A DNA stretch of 64,000 nucleotides from a virus (IMGVR_UViG_3300011008_000012:1-64000); one strand, 5' to 3'; shown: positions 10,249-19,385, numbered from the stretch's first letter. The notes: generated by a model from the letters alone, not told the origin. Numbers and translations: made by a program.

Positions 10249-10694
10249 ACTCGCTGTCATGCGAAAACCCGAAACCATATACCTTCTGTGTTTTTGATGC
10301 TTCCATCGAAGAGAAAATGAATAAAAAAGCATCTCCTTCTAACAAGATTTGCGAATATGGGTTTTGCAAATTTGTTTCCAGAATAGCCAAATAGGTTAAG
10401 GCGCTGAATGTAAAATTCGGAAATCTGGGTTCGAGTCCCAGTTTTGGATCGAAACAAATTATTGAAGACTGCGGGAGTCTTTAGTCCCGCTCCATGCTGT
10501 AAAACTCAATCGTAAAAGCTCAGTCGTTAAGATTGAACGCTTAAAGTTTTTGTTTGAAGAAATCTCAAAGCACACCGCCATATGGTTGGGCGGTAAAGTT
10601 TACTAGGTGTAACACTTTACAAAACCCATGGTTTTCGGTTTGTCGGATGTATATGCTGCCGCAGGGAGTACCGCATGGCTGCATGACAGCGAGT
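10249..10694 (+). ncRNA. putative 446-nt structured ncRNA with an embedded tRNA-like domain (10377-10449)
   Basis: perfect 14-bp terminal inverted repeat actcgctgtcatgc/gcatgacagcgagt; internal cloverleaf with ctgggttcgagtcccag T-arm; no credible ORF. Confidence 0.65.
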
Positions 10695-10738
10695 TTGATT
10701 ATATATAAACGGCCGGGATTTTTCCCGGCCCCGTTTAT

Positions 10739-10830
10739 GTCGGGATGGCGGAACCGGTTAGACGCGCCGCTCTTTTATTGCGGTGAGGGTCGCTCCCTTG
10801 TTGCAGGTTCGAATCCTGCTCCCGGCACCA
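10739..10830 (+). tRNA. atypical tRNA: anticodon TTT (Lys) on a class II, Leu-like body
   Basis: acceptor gtcggga/tcccggc + ACCA; loop cttttat; long variable arm. Confidence 0.7.
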
Positions 10831-10934
10831 AATACATAAATTGGAGTGATAAAAATGGACAGCATTCTTTTCGGGTTGATCGTATTCCCGATCATGTTCG
10901 CTGTAATCAACACAGATCACAGGAGGTATCCATA

Positions 10935-11207
10935 ATGGTCAAAGAAGAACTTGTCTCCGAAGTGGCGGCGCAGGCTGGCGTCACCAAGCGCGTGGCGGAG
11001 GCCGCTGTCGAAGCGGTTATTGATACGATCATGGCCGCGGTCGAGGACGGCGAAAGGGTAACGCTCAATAACTTCGGAACCTTTGAGCGGAAGCACAGGA
11101 ATCCGAGGACCGGCAGGGTGCCGGCGACGGGCGAGGCCGTGGATATTCCCGCTCGGGATCTTCCGTGGTTTACGCCGAGTCAGTGTTTTAAGGACAGACT
11201 GACATAA
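10935..11207 (+). CDS. hup: HU family DNA-binding protein
   Basis: KEELVSEVA..GERVTLNNFGTFE..RTGRVPATGE..PWFTPS; AGGAGG RBS. Confidence 0.9.
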   Translation: MVKEELVSEVAAQAGVTKRVAEAAVEAVIDTIMAAVEDGERVTLNNFGTFERKHRNPRTGRVPATGEAVDIPARDLPWFTPSQCFKDRLT

Positions 11208-11850
11208 CCAACCACACAACTCAATGCCATCCTCCTTTCTGACACCTCCTTTCTAAGTTCTCCAACAATCTGTTTCCGAGGCAGACGCCATTAGAGTCGC
11301 CGCCTTTTGTTGTTGCGGGCGGCAGCAGCGCATAACCTACATCACGGCGTTGAGTTGTTATCTAAAGAGGCGCGACCATGAGATCGCGCCTCGCCTTTAT
11401 GAGGAGTCAGGTGCGTCGGATGCGGTTCGAGTCCGCTCCTCCTCAAACATATGAATCGAAACGGTAAGAGCTCCCCAAGGATCAGGGGCAATGCTGGCCG
11501 GAGTAGCGCATGGCCCGGCGTGACGAGGGCAAGTCAAGAAATGCTGCTTGGCGCAGGGGAAAATGAAGAAGTGCATCCTGGCAGTGGAGAGCCGCTAGAG
11601 CCGGCGTGGTAAACTGCCTACCCTGTTGATCGGAGGTTCGATATGAACGAGCGTGTGTTCTACAAAAGCGTGGAAACCGGCGAGATCACGGAGTCACGCG
11701 GCGAGGCCGCGTTTTGGTACGAAGCAAACGGCGACACGATCGAGTACTGGAAGTACGGTCGTAAAGTCGCGGAATGGTGTCACAACTGAGCACGCAGAGG
11801 CTGCGGACAGCGGCCTCTGCTCTGCTTTGCTGAATAAAGGAGGTGAATGT

Positions 11851-12456
11851 ATGGCTGACGAAGCCATCATGGGACCGGGAGTGCAGGTGTCACTCTGGCC
11901 TAAAGATATCTGGGAGTGGACACAGCGCCCGGATGTGAAGAAGAGGCTGAAATCGGAGATCGTATCTATCGCGGAAAGCGGTCTGACCGGATACGAAATT
12001 TGCGTTTCAGTCGAGTCCAATCTCGTCACGCTGTATGTGTACGACGGCGATAAGAGAGTGTACAACGAGGCGGTCGTATCCACCGGTGACTGCCAGCGCA
12101 CAGCGCAGAAGCTGTTCGACAAGTATCTTCCGAAGGAAGACGACGATGACGAAGACATGGATCGTCTCGATAAGGAAGCGGAAATCGAGGACAGAGAAGA
12201 CTATCTTCACTATGCGTTTATCGATTTTCTGTCCGCCGTCTGCGACTGCGATATGAGTTCGGCGTATGACGCCGGGTATTCATCCGATCTGGACGATGTC
12301 TTCGAGGAGATCCTGCTGAAGCTCGCAACAGAGCATGACATTCCCGTTTATCGCCCGATGTTTATCGTCGAGGAAGAGACAGGCAACGAGGTATACACCG
12401 AGTATCCGTATGAGGATTACGACCTGAGCGGAGGTCCGGCACAGGCCGGAACCTGA
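11851..12456 (+). CDS. acidic hypothetical protein
   Basis: AAGGAGGTG RBS before ATG 11851; Asp/Glu rich. Confidence 0.75.
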   Translation: MADEAIMGPGVQVSLWPKDIWEWTQRPDVKKRLKSEIVSIAESGLTGYEICVSVESNLVTLYVYDGDKRVYNEAVVSTGDCQRTAQKLFDKYLPKEDDDDEDMDRLDKEAEIEDREDYLHYAFIDFLSAVCDCDMSSAYDAGYSSDLDDVFEEILLKLATEHDIPVYRPMFIVEEETGNEVYTEYPYEDYDLSGGPAQAGT

Positions 12457-12520
12457 ATCATTCTGAACCATAGCGGCTGACATACCGCATGGAAATATAC
12501 ATCCAAAAAGGAGAAACATT

Positions 12521-12919
12521 ATGTCCAAAGTCATCATCGCTGGCGACGCGGCCGTCGTCAAGTCCGAACTCACCCTGGAGCAGCTCAAGACCATCAAGCG
12601 CTATCGTCCCCAGGCTCTCGTCCTGAAGGGCGGCGAGAATGGCAAGGAGCCTATCTTCGCCATCGACGTGACCACCGGCACCGGTGAGATCAACGCCTAC
12701 GGCGCGAGCTTCGGTCGTGAGTCCCACGACGAGTCCAAGGTCGCCATGATCACCCTGGTCACCTCCGGCGTGTCCGGCGACGTGAAGGAGGCCATCGCTG
12801 ACAAGCTCGGCGGCGCTCTCATCAAGCTGAACCAGCTTGAGGCCACCCTGCCCGCGGTTCTGGCCGAGATCGAGGCGGAGAAGGCGACCGTCCTCTCCAA
12901 CATCTCCGTCGCGGAGTGA
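12521..12919 (+). CDS. hypothetical protein, first gene of the Ubl cluster
   Basis: 132 aa, AAGGAG RBS, extreme C-ending codon bias. Confidence 0.85.
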   Translation: MSKVIIAGDAAVVKSELTLEQLKTIKRYRPQALVLKGGENGKEPIFAIDVTTGTGEINAYGASFGRESHDESKVAMITLVTSGVSGDVKEAIADKLGGALIKLNQLEATLPAVLAEIEAEKATVLSNISVAE

Positions 12920-13003
12920 TCGGATCGGGGCGGGTTTACCGCCCCTCCAGTCCTAATTCATCAACCAATCAACAATAAAACCTACATAAAGGAGACATCA
13001 AAA

Positions 13004-13234
13004 ATGATCAAAGTCACTGTCGGCAACAACGTCAAGCGCGAGTCCGTCATCGTCAGCCCCAACACCACCCTGCGTTCCGTTCTGGAGAACAACGGCATCG
13101 ACTACACCCGCGGCGTCATGCACCTCGACGGTTCCTCCCTGAACCCCGGCGATCTGGACAAGACCTTCGAGTCCTTCGGCATCACCGAGAAGTGCTTCCT
13201 CCTGAACGTCGTCAAGGCTGACAACGCGGCCTGA
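13004..13234 (+). CDS. ubiquitin-like (beta-grasp) protein
   Basis: 76 aa with Ub-like pattern (MIKVTV..VSPNTTLRSVL..LDG..L.DLDKTFESFGI..LLNVVK); adjacent to E2-like, JAB and ThiF genes; ends KADNAA. Confidence 0.75.
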   Translation: MIKVTVGNNVKRESVIVSPNTTLRSVLENNGIDYTRGVMHLDGSSLNPGDLDKTFESFGITEKCFLLNVVKADNAA

Positions 13235-13299
13235 TAGCAGAAGCAACTCAAGAAAGAGCTAAGCGATAGGCGGGGCCGTAAAGCCCCGCCGTGCTATAT

Positions 13300-13376
13300 G
13301 CCGACGTGGTGCAATCGGAAGACACATCCGGTTTAAACCCGGTAAGTTGAGGGTTCAAATCCCTCCGTCGGTACCA
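13300..13376 (+). tRNA. tRNA with TAA (Leu) anticodon and short variable loop
   Basis: gccgacg/cgtcggt + ACCA; loop tttaaac; T-arm gagggttcaaatccctc. Confidence 0.8.
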
Positions 13377-13406
13377 TCGAGTTTTATAAAAGTGAGGTGT
13401 AAGTAA

Positions 13407-14894
13407 GTGTTCAAGACGCCGATCACATCGACGCCGTTCACAACGGATGCGGCAAACGGATACTTCCAGAACATTCGCGGTCAGGCGTATCAGGGAGACT
13501 ATTCGTTCCTCGCCACCCTGCGTGCGTTTATGGGACAGCGTATCCCGGAGAACGAGTCGATCGAGCTGAGGTTTTCTACCTCGAACATAACAGAAGATCA
13601 TGTCAAAAACAATAGCGCCGATGCTATCATTCGCGCAATCTGCGGCTCGTGGGATGTGACGAGCCATGGCTATCTCCAGATCCACAATCTTGGCAGCCCG
13701 ATCTCCGCGAACAACTTGGCGTGCTATCACTGCCTGCATTCATACTTCGCCGCCACATATCACGGATGGCGGCAGATCGAAGAGATCACCAATCTGTTCC
13801 GAAAGAACTTCAACGTGCTCTGCTATATCAACGCCGAGCAGAAGAGTACGATTCTGTTCGTGGAATCGCTCAACATGAAGCGAATGCACTTCCTGCAGAG
13901 CATAACGCTCGGCATCCTGCCGTGGTATTTCAGCCCGGACAAGGGGTGGTCTGATCTCGATAAGGAGCTGATGCAGTCTTTCAAAGAAACCACGCCGGAT
14001 AAGTACATCGAGTGCATCAATAAGATCGCATCGCAGTACGATTTCGAGACGATCCGCATCAAGACGCTGCTCCGTGGTTTTGAGACGAGGTATGAGCGCA
14101 ATGAAGTGCAGAAGGTCGAGCGCGAAATCGCCAATCTGTATGAAAACATCGCCATATTGAATACAGATATCGGAACAAAAATGCGCATGATCAACGAGAA
14201 AAATATTCGCCTCCTTGGATTGCAGGCAAAGATCGCCGGCTATTCCGACGAGGACTCCGAGCTGATGGAGTATTTTCTGTGCAACCGCCAGCTCGTTATC
14301 GAGGATGTGGTTAACGATACGATCTACTTCTCAGTGAAGACCTATATGGAGTACTTCGACGAGGATGTCGTCAACAAGTATCTCAACAATCACGGCAGTT
14401 TCGTTTATCAAAACGAGCCGAGAGGCTTCACGCTGGATCAGATGGAAAAGCTCCTGCGTGCGGTATTCATCGATCAGTCGATCCGTCTCCGGTTCTGCGC
14501 TGCGTATTGCTTCTCTTTGAACGGGAACGTCGATCCGCAGACAAACCACGATTTCGGACAGGAGTTTCGGCATTATATGCCGAATCCGCATATCAATCGC
14601 TGGCATTGTATGGGGAATTACCTGTCGAAGGTAAACAACCTGCTCAAGGAAAACAACTACATCGCGGCGCTGGAACAGTGTGTCGCGTCTGCCAAGAGCT
14701 TGAACTGGACAGACGGTACGGTGATGGGCACGTTCCTGAAGACGGTATGCGGCAGAGAAAACTACAACAACAAGGCATTCGAGCTTCCTGACGGCCGCGT
14801 AGTGACGCCGATCGAGGCGATCAAGTGGCTGGAGGAACAGGAAAAGGCGAGTACCACAACGGAAAATACAGAAAGTGAGGCGGCAGATGAGTAA
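13407..14894 (+). CDS. coiled-coil protein with C-terminal prokaryotic E2-like domain
   Basis: PNPHINRWHCMG resembles the E2 HPH/HPN...C active-site region; lies between Ubl and JAB genes. Confidence 0.6.
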   Translation: MFKTPITSTPFTTDAANGYFQNIRGQAYQGDYSFLATLRAFMGQRIPENESIELRFSTSNITEDHVKNNSADAIIRAICGSWDVTSHGYLQIHNLGSPISANNLACYHCLHSYFAATYHGWRQIEEITNLFRKNFNVLCYINAEQKSTILFVESLNMKRMHFLQSITLGILPWYFSPDKGWSDLDKELMQSFKETTPDKYIECINKIASQYDFETIRIKTLLRGFETRYERNEVQKVEREIANLYENIAILNTDIGTKMRMINEKNIRLLGLQAKIAGYSDEDSELMEYFLCNRQLVIEDVVNDTIYFSVKTYMEYFDEDVVNKYLNNHGSFVYQNEPRGFTLDQMEKLLRAVFIDQSIRLRFCAAYCFSLNGNVDPQTNHDFGQEFRHYMPNPHINRWHCMGNYLSKVNNLLKENNYIAALEQCVASAKSLNWTDGTVMGTFLKTVCGRENYNNKAFELPDGRVVTPIEAIKWLEEQEKASTTTENTESEAADE

Positions 14895-15819
14895 GATCAT
14901 CAAAATGACGGACGAGTACCGGGAACAGCTCAAGCGTGAATTTGCGGAGGCGATCCTCTCCGTCCGTTGCACGGATGGAAAGATGAGCTTCACAAGAACC
15001 TTCGACGCGATTGATCGGAAGGCAAATCTGTACTTCTCGGAGAAAGCGTGGGAGAAGATGTGGGCGCTTCTTCGTGAGTTCGACAAGGAGGTCGCGTGGC
15101 ACGGCGTCGCGCATCGCGGAGAGGGTGAAGGCGACGACTACTACATCGAGGACATTCTCGTCTACCCCCAGGAAGTGACTGGCGCGACAGTCAACACGGA
15201 TCAGGAGCGCTATCAGGACTGGCTCTACCAGTTCGACGACGATGTGTTCAACAACATTCGTATGCAGGGTCACAGCCATGTGTATATGAATCCGGCTCCT
15301 TCGGGTGTCGATGTCACGCATCAGGAGAAGATCCTGGAGCAGCTCGACGACGACATGTTCTACATCTTCCTGATCTGGAACAAGCGCGGCGAAAAGACGA
15401 TCAAGATCTTCGATCTCCAGAAGAACACGCTGTTTGAGACAGGCGATGTGGTCGTGCATGTGGTCGAAAGCGAAGACGGGATTGCCAAGTTCATCCGCGA
15501 GGCGAAGGAAATGGTCAAGGATCGCGTATACACTGCGCCGACATATAAGGGACCGCCTCCCTCGTCGTCCGTCCCCGCTCCGACGCCGGCAACGTCCGTT
15601 GTCAACAACGTGACGCAGCTCAAGGCTCCGAGCACGCCCCCTGAGAAACCGGCCAACTCCAAAAAGAACAAGAAGGACAAGAAGCGGACCAAGTACGGAG
15701 CCGGGTGGGCTGGCGCGAACGCGAGCGGTCAGACAACGCTCGCCGGGTTTTCTGACGAGGATGAAGATCCGTATGGCCCGTTCGGTTATTCCGACGTATT
15801 CTTCAGGGAGGATAAGTAA
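14887..15819 (+). CDS. JAB/MPN+ metallo-isopeptidase with low-complexity tail
   Basis: KEVAWHG glutamate plus GHSHVYMNPAPSGVD (HxH-x7-S-xx-D). Confidence 0.85.
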   Translation: MSKIIKMTDEYREQLKREFAEAILSVRCTDGKMSFTRTFDAIDRKANLYFSEKAWEKMWALLREFDKEVAWHGVAHRGEGEGDDYYIEDILVYPQEVTGATVNTDQERYQDWLYQFDDDVFNNIRMQGHSHVYMNPAPSGVDVTHQEKILEQLDDDMFYIFLIWNKRGEKTIKIFDLQKNTLFETGDVVVHVVESEDGIAKFIREAKEMVKDRVYTAPTYKGPPPSSSVPAPTPATSVVNNVTQLKAPSTPPEKPANSKKNKKDKKRTKYGAGWAGANASGQTTLAGFSDEDEDPYGPFGYSDVFFREDK

Positions 15820-16490
15820 TGGACTTATCGAAAAGCTACGAGTATTTCAATCCCGATCAGGATGACGCGAGGGTACACATCATCGGATGTGGTTCCGTAG
15901 GCTCGACCGTCGCGGAGAACCTCGCGAGAAGCGGCGTCACAAAGATGACGCTCTGGGATTTTGACACGGTGGAGGCGCACAACATCGTCAATCAGATGTT
16001 CTTCGCCCGCCACATCGGGATGCCGAAGGTCGAAGCGCTGAAGGATATCCTCATGGATATCAACCCGGACATCGTGGACGATCTGGTTCTCCAGCCGGAT
16101 GGTTGGAAGGGCAAGCTCCTGTCCGGGTATATCTTCCTGTGTGTGGACAATATCGATCTGCGCCGGGAGATCGTGGAAAAGCACATGGACTCTACGTTCG
16201 TCAAGGCGATCTTCGACTTCCGCACTCGTCTGGAGGACGCGCAGCACTACGCCGCCGACTGGAACGACGAGAAGATGAAGAAGGATCTGCTCAACTCCAT
16301 GCAGTTCTCTCACGATGAGGCGAAGGAAGAGACGCCGGTGTCCGCCTGCAATGTCACGCTGGGCGTGTGCCCGACGGTTCGCATCATCTGTGCGAGAGGC
16401 GTGGCGAACTTCATGAACTTCATCAATGGCAAGCCTCTGAAGAAGTTGGTGCTCGACGATGCGTTCGGCATGATGTGCGACGCATTCTGA
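15819..16490 (+). CDS. ThiF/E1-like adenylyltransferase
   Basis: IIGCGSVGS, DFDTVEAHNIVNQ, PKVEAL, CVDNIDLR, candidate catalytic Cys in PVSAC. Confidence 0.9.
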   Translation: MDLSKSYEYFNPDQDDARVHIIGCGSVGSTVAENLARSGVTKMTLWDFDTVEAHNIVNQMFFARHIGMPKVEALKDILMDINPDIVDDLVLQPDGWKGKLLSGYIFLCVDNIDLRREIVEKHMDSTFVKAIFDFRTRLEDAQHYAADWNDEKMKKDLLNSMQFSHDEAKEETPVSACNVTLGVCPTVRIICARGVANFMNFINGKPLKKLVLDDAFGMMCDAF

Positions 16491-16512
16491 GGCGCAGAAG
16501 GCGAGGTACCCC

Positions 16513-17274
16513 ATGGATAGGAAAATCAAAGACCTGAAGGTCGGCACAAGGCTTCAGTTCGGACGCTACACATGCGATCCCTCGCCGAACGCAGCCGGCG
16601 TGCCGATCATTTGGTTGAAAGCCAGTCCAAATTGCGATTTTATATCGGAATACGCGCTCGATTCGTTGGTTTTTGACGCCCGCGAACGCGGTTCGCCGAT
16701 CAACGATCACAAATGGTACGGCAACAATACATACGAACTGTCCAATATCTATCAGTTCCTCAACAGCGAGGACGCGGTCTGGTTCCATAATATGCACGAG
16801 TACGACGTGCTTCACGGCGACTATGCGAACCGTCGCGGATTTCTTTACGCCTTCGAGCCTTATGAGATCGCGGCAATATCCGGCGGCGTTCAACTGCCGG
16901 AATTCAATGACATCTTTAATGTGTATGGAAGCAATTTTGCTCTGTTCAAGCGGAAGGGCATTCGTCCGCATCCGTCACAAGATTTCCGCAATCGATTCTG
17001 GCGTGAGGGCTATGAGGCATCGTCCTATGTATCATATTGGACTTCTACGCCGAAGGAGGCGTCAACGAGGGTTCATGTGGTAGGCAGAGACGGTTACGGA
17101 TCGTCTGCTGAACCGGCTCATCGCGCTGGTCTTCGTCCAAAATGCCGGATCAGCGGAGATCTGATCGTGGATATCACAGCGGATGGCGTCTACACGTTAA
17201 GAGCTTTCGAGGTCGATGATACAGAGGAAGTATACAGCGACGACGATCTTTTCAGTTTCCTCGGTTTGCGGTGA
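16513..17274 (+). CDS. DUF6273-like protein
   Basis: IKDLKVG..FG, FDARE, YGNNTYELSNIYQFLNS, YWTSTP, GLRP. Confidence 0.65.
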   Translation: MDRKIKDLKVGTRLQFGRYTCDPSPNAAGVPIIWLKASPNCDFISEYALDSLVFDARERGSPINDHKWYGNNTYELSNIYQFLNSEDAVWFHNMHEYDVLHGDYANRRGFLYAFEPYEIAAISGGVQLPEFNDIFNVYGSNFALFKRKGIRPHPSQDFRNRFWREGYEASSYVSYWTSTPKEASTRVHVVGRDGYGSSAEPAHRAGLRPKCRISGDLIVDITADGVYTLRAFEVDDTEEVYSDDDLFSFLGLR

Positions 17275-17292
17275 TCCTTAAACCGCCAACAA

Positions 17293-17600
17293 GATTGTAA
17301 CGTATTTCATTCGTTAGAGTGAACTCTTGCGCTCCGCAGGAGTATCGAAAAGGTAAGGCGACAAGGGGACGATGGTCAGACTCGATCGAAATCAGTCCGC
17401 CAGATGACGACCCACCTCCGAGTTGTACAACTGCAGTCATCGCGATCTCATCAGCAGACACGCACGGGAAGCAATTGCACTGCAGCTTTCTGGAACCGAT
17501 CCTCATCCTCAGAATGGATCTGGTCTCAGACATCCAGCTCGAGCGTGCAATTGGCGCCGACCTGGCAAGCGGTCAGCAATACTCAACAAAGGTTACAATC
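17293..17600 (+). ncRNA. retron-like msr/msd ncRNA unit 1
   Basis: IR gattgtaac (17293-17301)/gttacaatc (17592-17600); G17302; hairpin ttcattc/gagtgaa; hairpin actcttgcg-ctc-cgcaggagt (17323-17343). Confidence 0.85.
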
Positions 17601-17626
17601 ACACTACTGAATAAGGAGGTGATCGA

Positions 17627-18766
17627 GTGACGTATATAACGGTTATGCAGTCTCCGATGTATCATCAGCTTACATTGGAGGAATTCTTATTTGAGAAGCG
17701 GCGCGGAAATCTGATGATAAACGACAGCACGGCAAATACACGAACATACGCTGTTGAGCATGTCAGCAACAATTTTCTGCGCACGATCAGCGTTCCATAT
17801 CTGATCTCACAGCTCATAAAGTTCAATGAACGGACGGAGTTTCTCCGTCAGCAGCCGCGCAAAGAACTCTATTATGAATTCTATATCCCCAAGAAATCCG
17901 GTGGACTTCGCAGGATCGACGCGCCGTGTGAGGATTTGATGACGGCACTTCGTGATCTGAAACGGATGTTCGAGTCTGATTTCAGGGCGCTGTATCACAC
18001 GTCAGCGTTTGCGTATGTCAAAAAGCGCTGTACGATCGACGCCGTTAAGCGCCATCAGGCCAACGAAAGCAAGTGGTTTGGCAAGCTGGATCTATCAAAT
18101 TTCTTCGGCAACACGACGCTGGAATGGTCGATGCAGATGCTGTCAATGATTTTCCCGTTTTCGGAGGTCATGAAGATCGACCAGGGAAAGGAACAGCTCG
18201 AAAAAGCTGTGGAGCTCGGTTTCTTGAATGGAGGTCTCCCGCAGGGGACTCCGCTCTCTCCGACGCTCACGAACATCCTGATGATCCCCATCGACTATAC
18301 GCTCGCCAATGCGTTCCGGGATTTTCAGAAGCAGCAGTTCGTTTACACAAGGTATTCTGACGATACGATCGTATCGTCGAAGTATGACTTTGATATCCAC
18401 GCTGTTGAACGACTCATCAAGGACGTACATAAGCAATTCAACTCTCCACACGTTTTGAATGAGAAAAAGACGCGGTACGGCTCATCGTCCGGCTCAAACT
18501 GGAATCTCGGTCTGATGCTTACAAGAGACAACGAGATCACCATCGGGCTTCAGGCGCGAAGGCAGTTCCGTGGAATGATCACGGCGTATGTGTCAGATAA
18601 GCAACACGGGATCGAGTGGGATCTCCATGATATCCAAGTTATGGAGGGTCTTCGCAACTACTATCGCAATGTGGAACGCGAGGCGATCGACGATATGGTG
18701 AAGCACATCGGAGAAAAATACAACGCGGATATCGTTGCGATGATCCGAAAGGACTTAAAGCGATAA
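17627..18766 (+). CDS. retron-type reverse transcriptase (YSDD)
   Basis: IPKKSGGLRRIDAP, AFAY..DAVKRH (region X-like), KLDLSNFF, GLPQGTPLSP, YTRYSDD, NLGL (region Y-like); AAGGAGGT RBS, GTG start. Confidence 0.93.
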   Translation: MTYITVMQSPMYHQLTLEEFLFEKRRGNLMINDSTANTRTYAVEHVSNNFLRTISVPYLISQLIKFNERTEFLRQQPRKELYYEFYIPKKSGGLRRIDAPCEDLMTALRDLKRMFESDFRALYHTSAFAYVKKRCTIDAVKRHQANESKWFGKLDLSNFFGNTTLEWSMQMLSMIFPFSEVMKIDQGKEQLEKAVELGFLNGGLPQGTPLSPTLTNILMIPIDYTLANAFRDFQKQQFVYTRYSDDTIVSSKYDFDIHAVERLIKDVHKQFNSPHVLNEKKTRYGSSSGSNWNLGLMLTRDNEITIGLQARRQFRGMITAYVSDKQHGIEWDLHDIQVMEGLRNYYRNVEREAIDDMVKHIGEKYNADIVAMIRKDLKR

Positions 18767-18777
18767 TCAAAGGATAA

Positions 18778-19103
18778 TTCCTATGATGAAATAACCGCCA
18801 TGTTTTTTTTGGCGGTGCTTCTGCGCTCCGCAGAAGTTACGAAAAGTTACGGTGACGATGTCAGGCAGGTTACGGCCGCGGCCGTAGCCTTGCGCCGCCC
18901 CACGAGCGACGGATCATCTAACCTGAAGACAGGAAAAGGAGTAATAGCGAGCATCCCTGAAGACGCCTGCACTGCAATGGACATGCGAGTCTCGACGACA
19001 CCAAGAAACCTTTTTCTGAAGATGGAAGATCATCTGTATGTGCGCAGTTGGCTGCCGCAGCACCTGGTAACTTGCAAGGCTATCTCTATGTAGATCATAG
19101 GAA
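18778..19103 (+). ncRNA. retron-like msr/msd ncRNA unit 2
   Basis: IR ttcctatgat/atcataggaa; G18788; hairpin accgcca/tggcggt; gcttctgcgctccgcagaagt at 18817-18837. Confidence 0.85.
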
Positions 19104-19109
19104 ATAACA

Positions 19110-19385
19110 ACTATCTGCAATGCAATGATACATCGAGAGATGTATGCTTCTGCGCTCCGCAGAAGTGCCGCCTAGATCTGGCGACGAAGAAGACACCAAG
19201 GCGATGAAACAAGCGAGCCGGGCCCAGTACCGAGTTGGACGAAGCTCTCGGATCCTAAGATCCAAGGCTAACATAAAACAAAGCAAACCGGAATCGGCTG
19301 CACTGCATAGCCGGAAACCAGAGGAGACTCTCCCGCTTGGATACTTCAGTACGAAACAGGAACAACTATATCGATTGCAGATAGT
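19110..19385 (+). ncRNA. retron-like msr/msd ncRNA unit 3
   Basis: IR actatctgcaat/attgcagatagt; G19122; hairpin atacatc-gaga-gatgtat; gcttctgcgctccgcagaagt at 19146-19166. Confidence 0.85.

Noticed and set aside
10739-13376. Suppressor tRNAs implying stop-codon recoding
   Set aside because: The centred anticodons read TTT and TAA, not TTA, CTA or TCA, and known genes are full length under the standard code.
17627-18766. RT as a DGR or group II intron RT
   Set aside because: It has PQG rather than the DGR-type motif, no TR/VR pair or Avd-like gene nearby, no maturase domain or intron domain V, and the flanks fit retron architecture.
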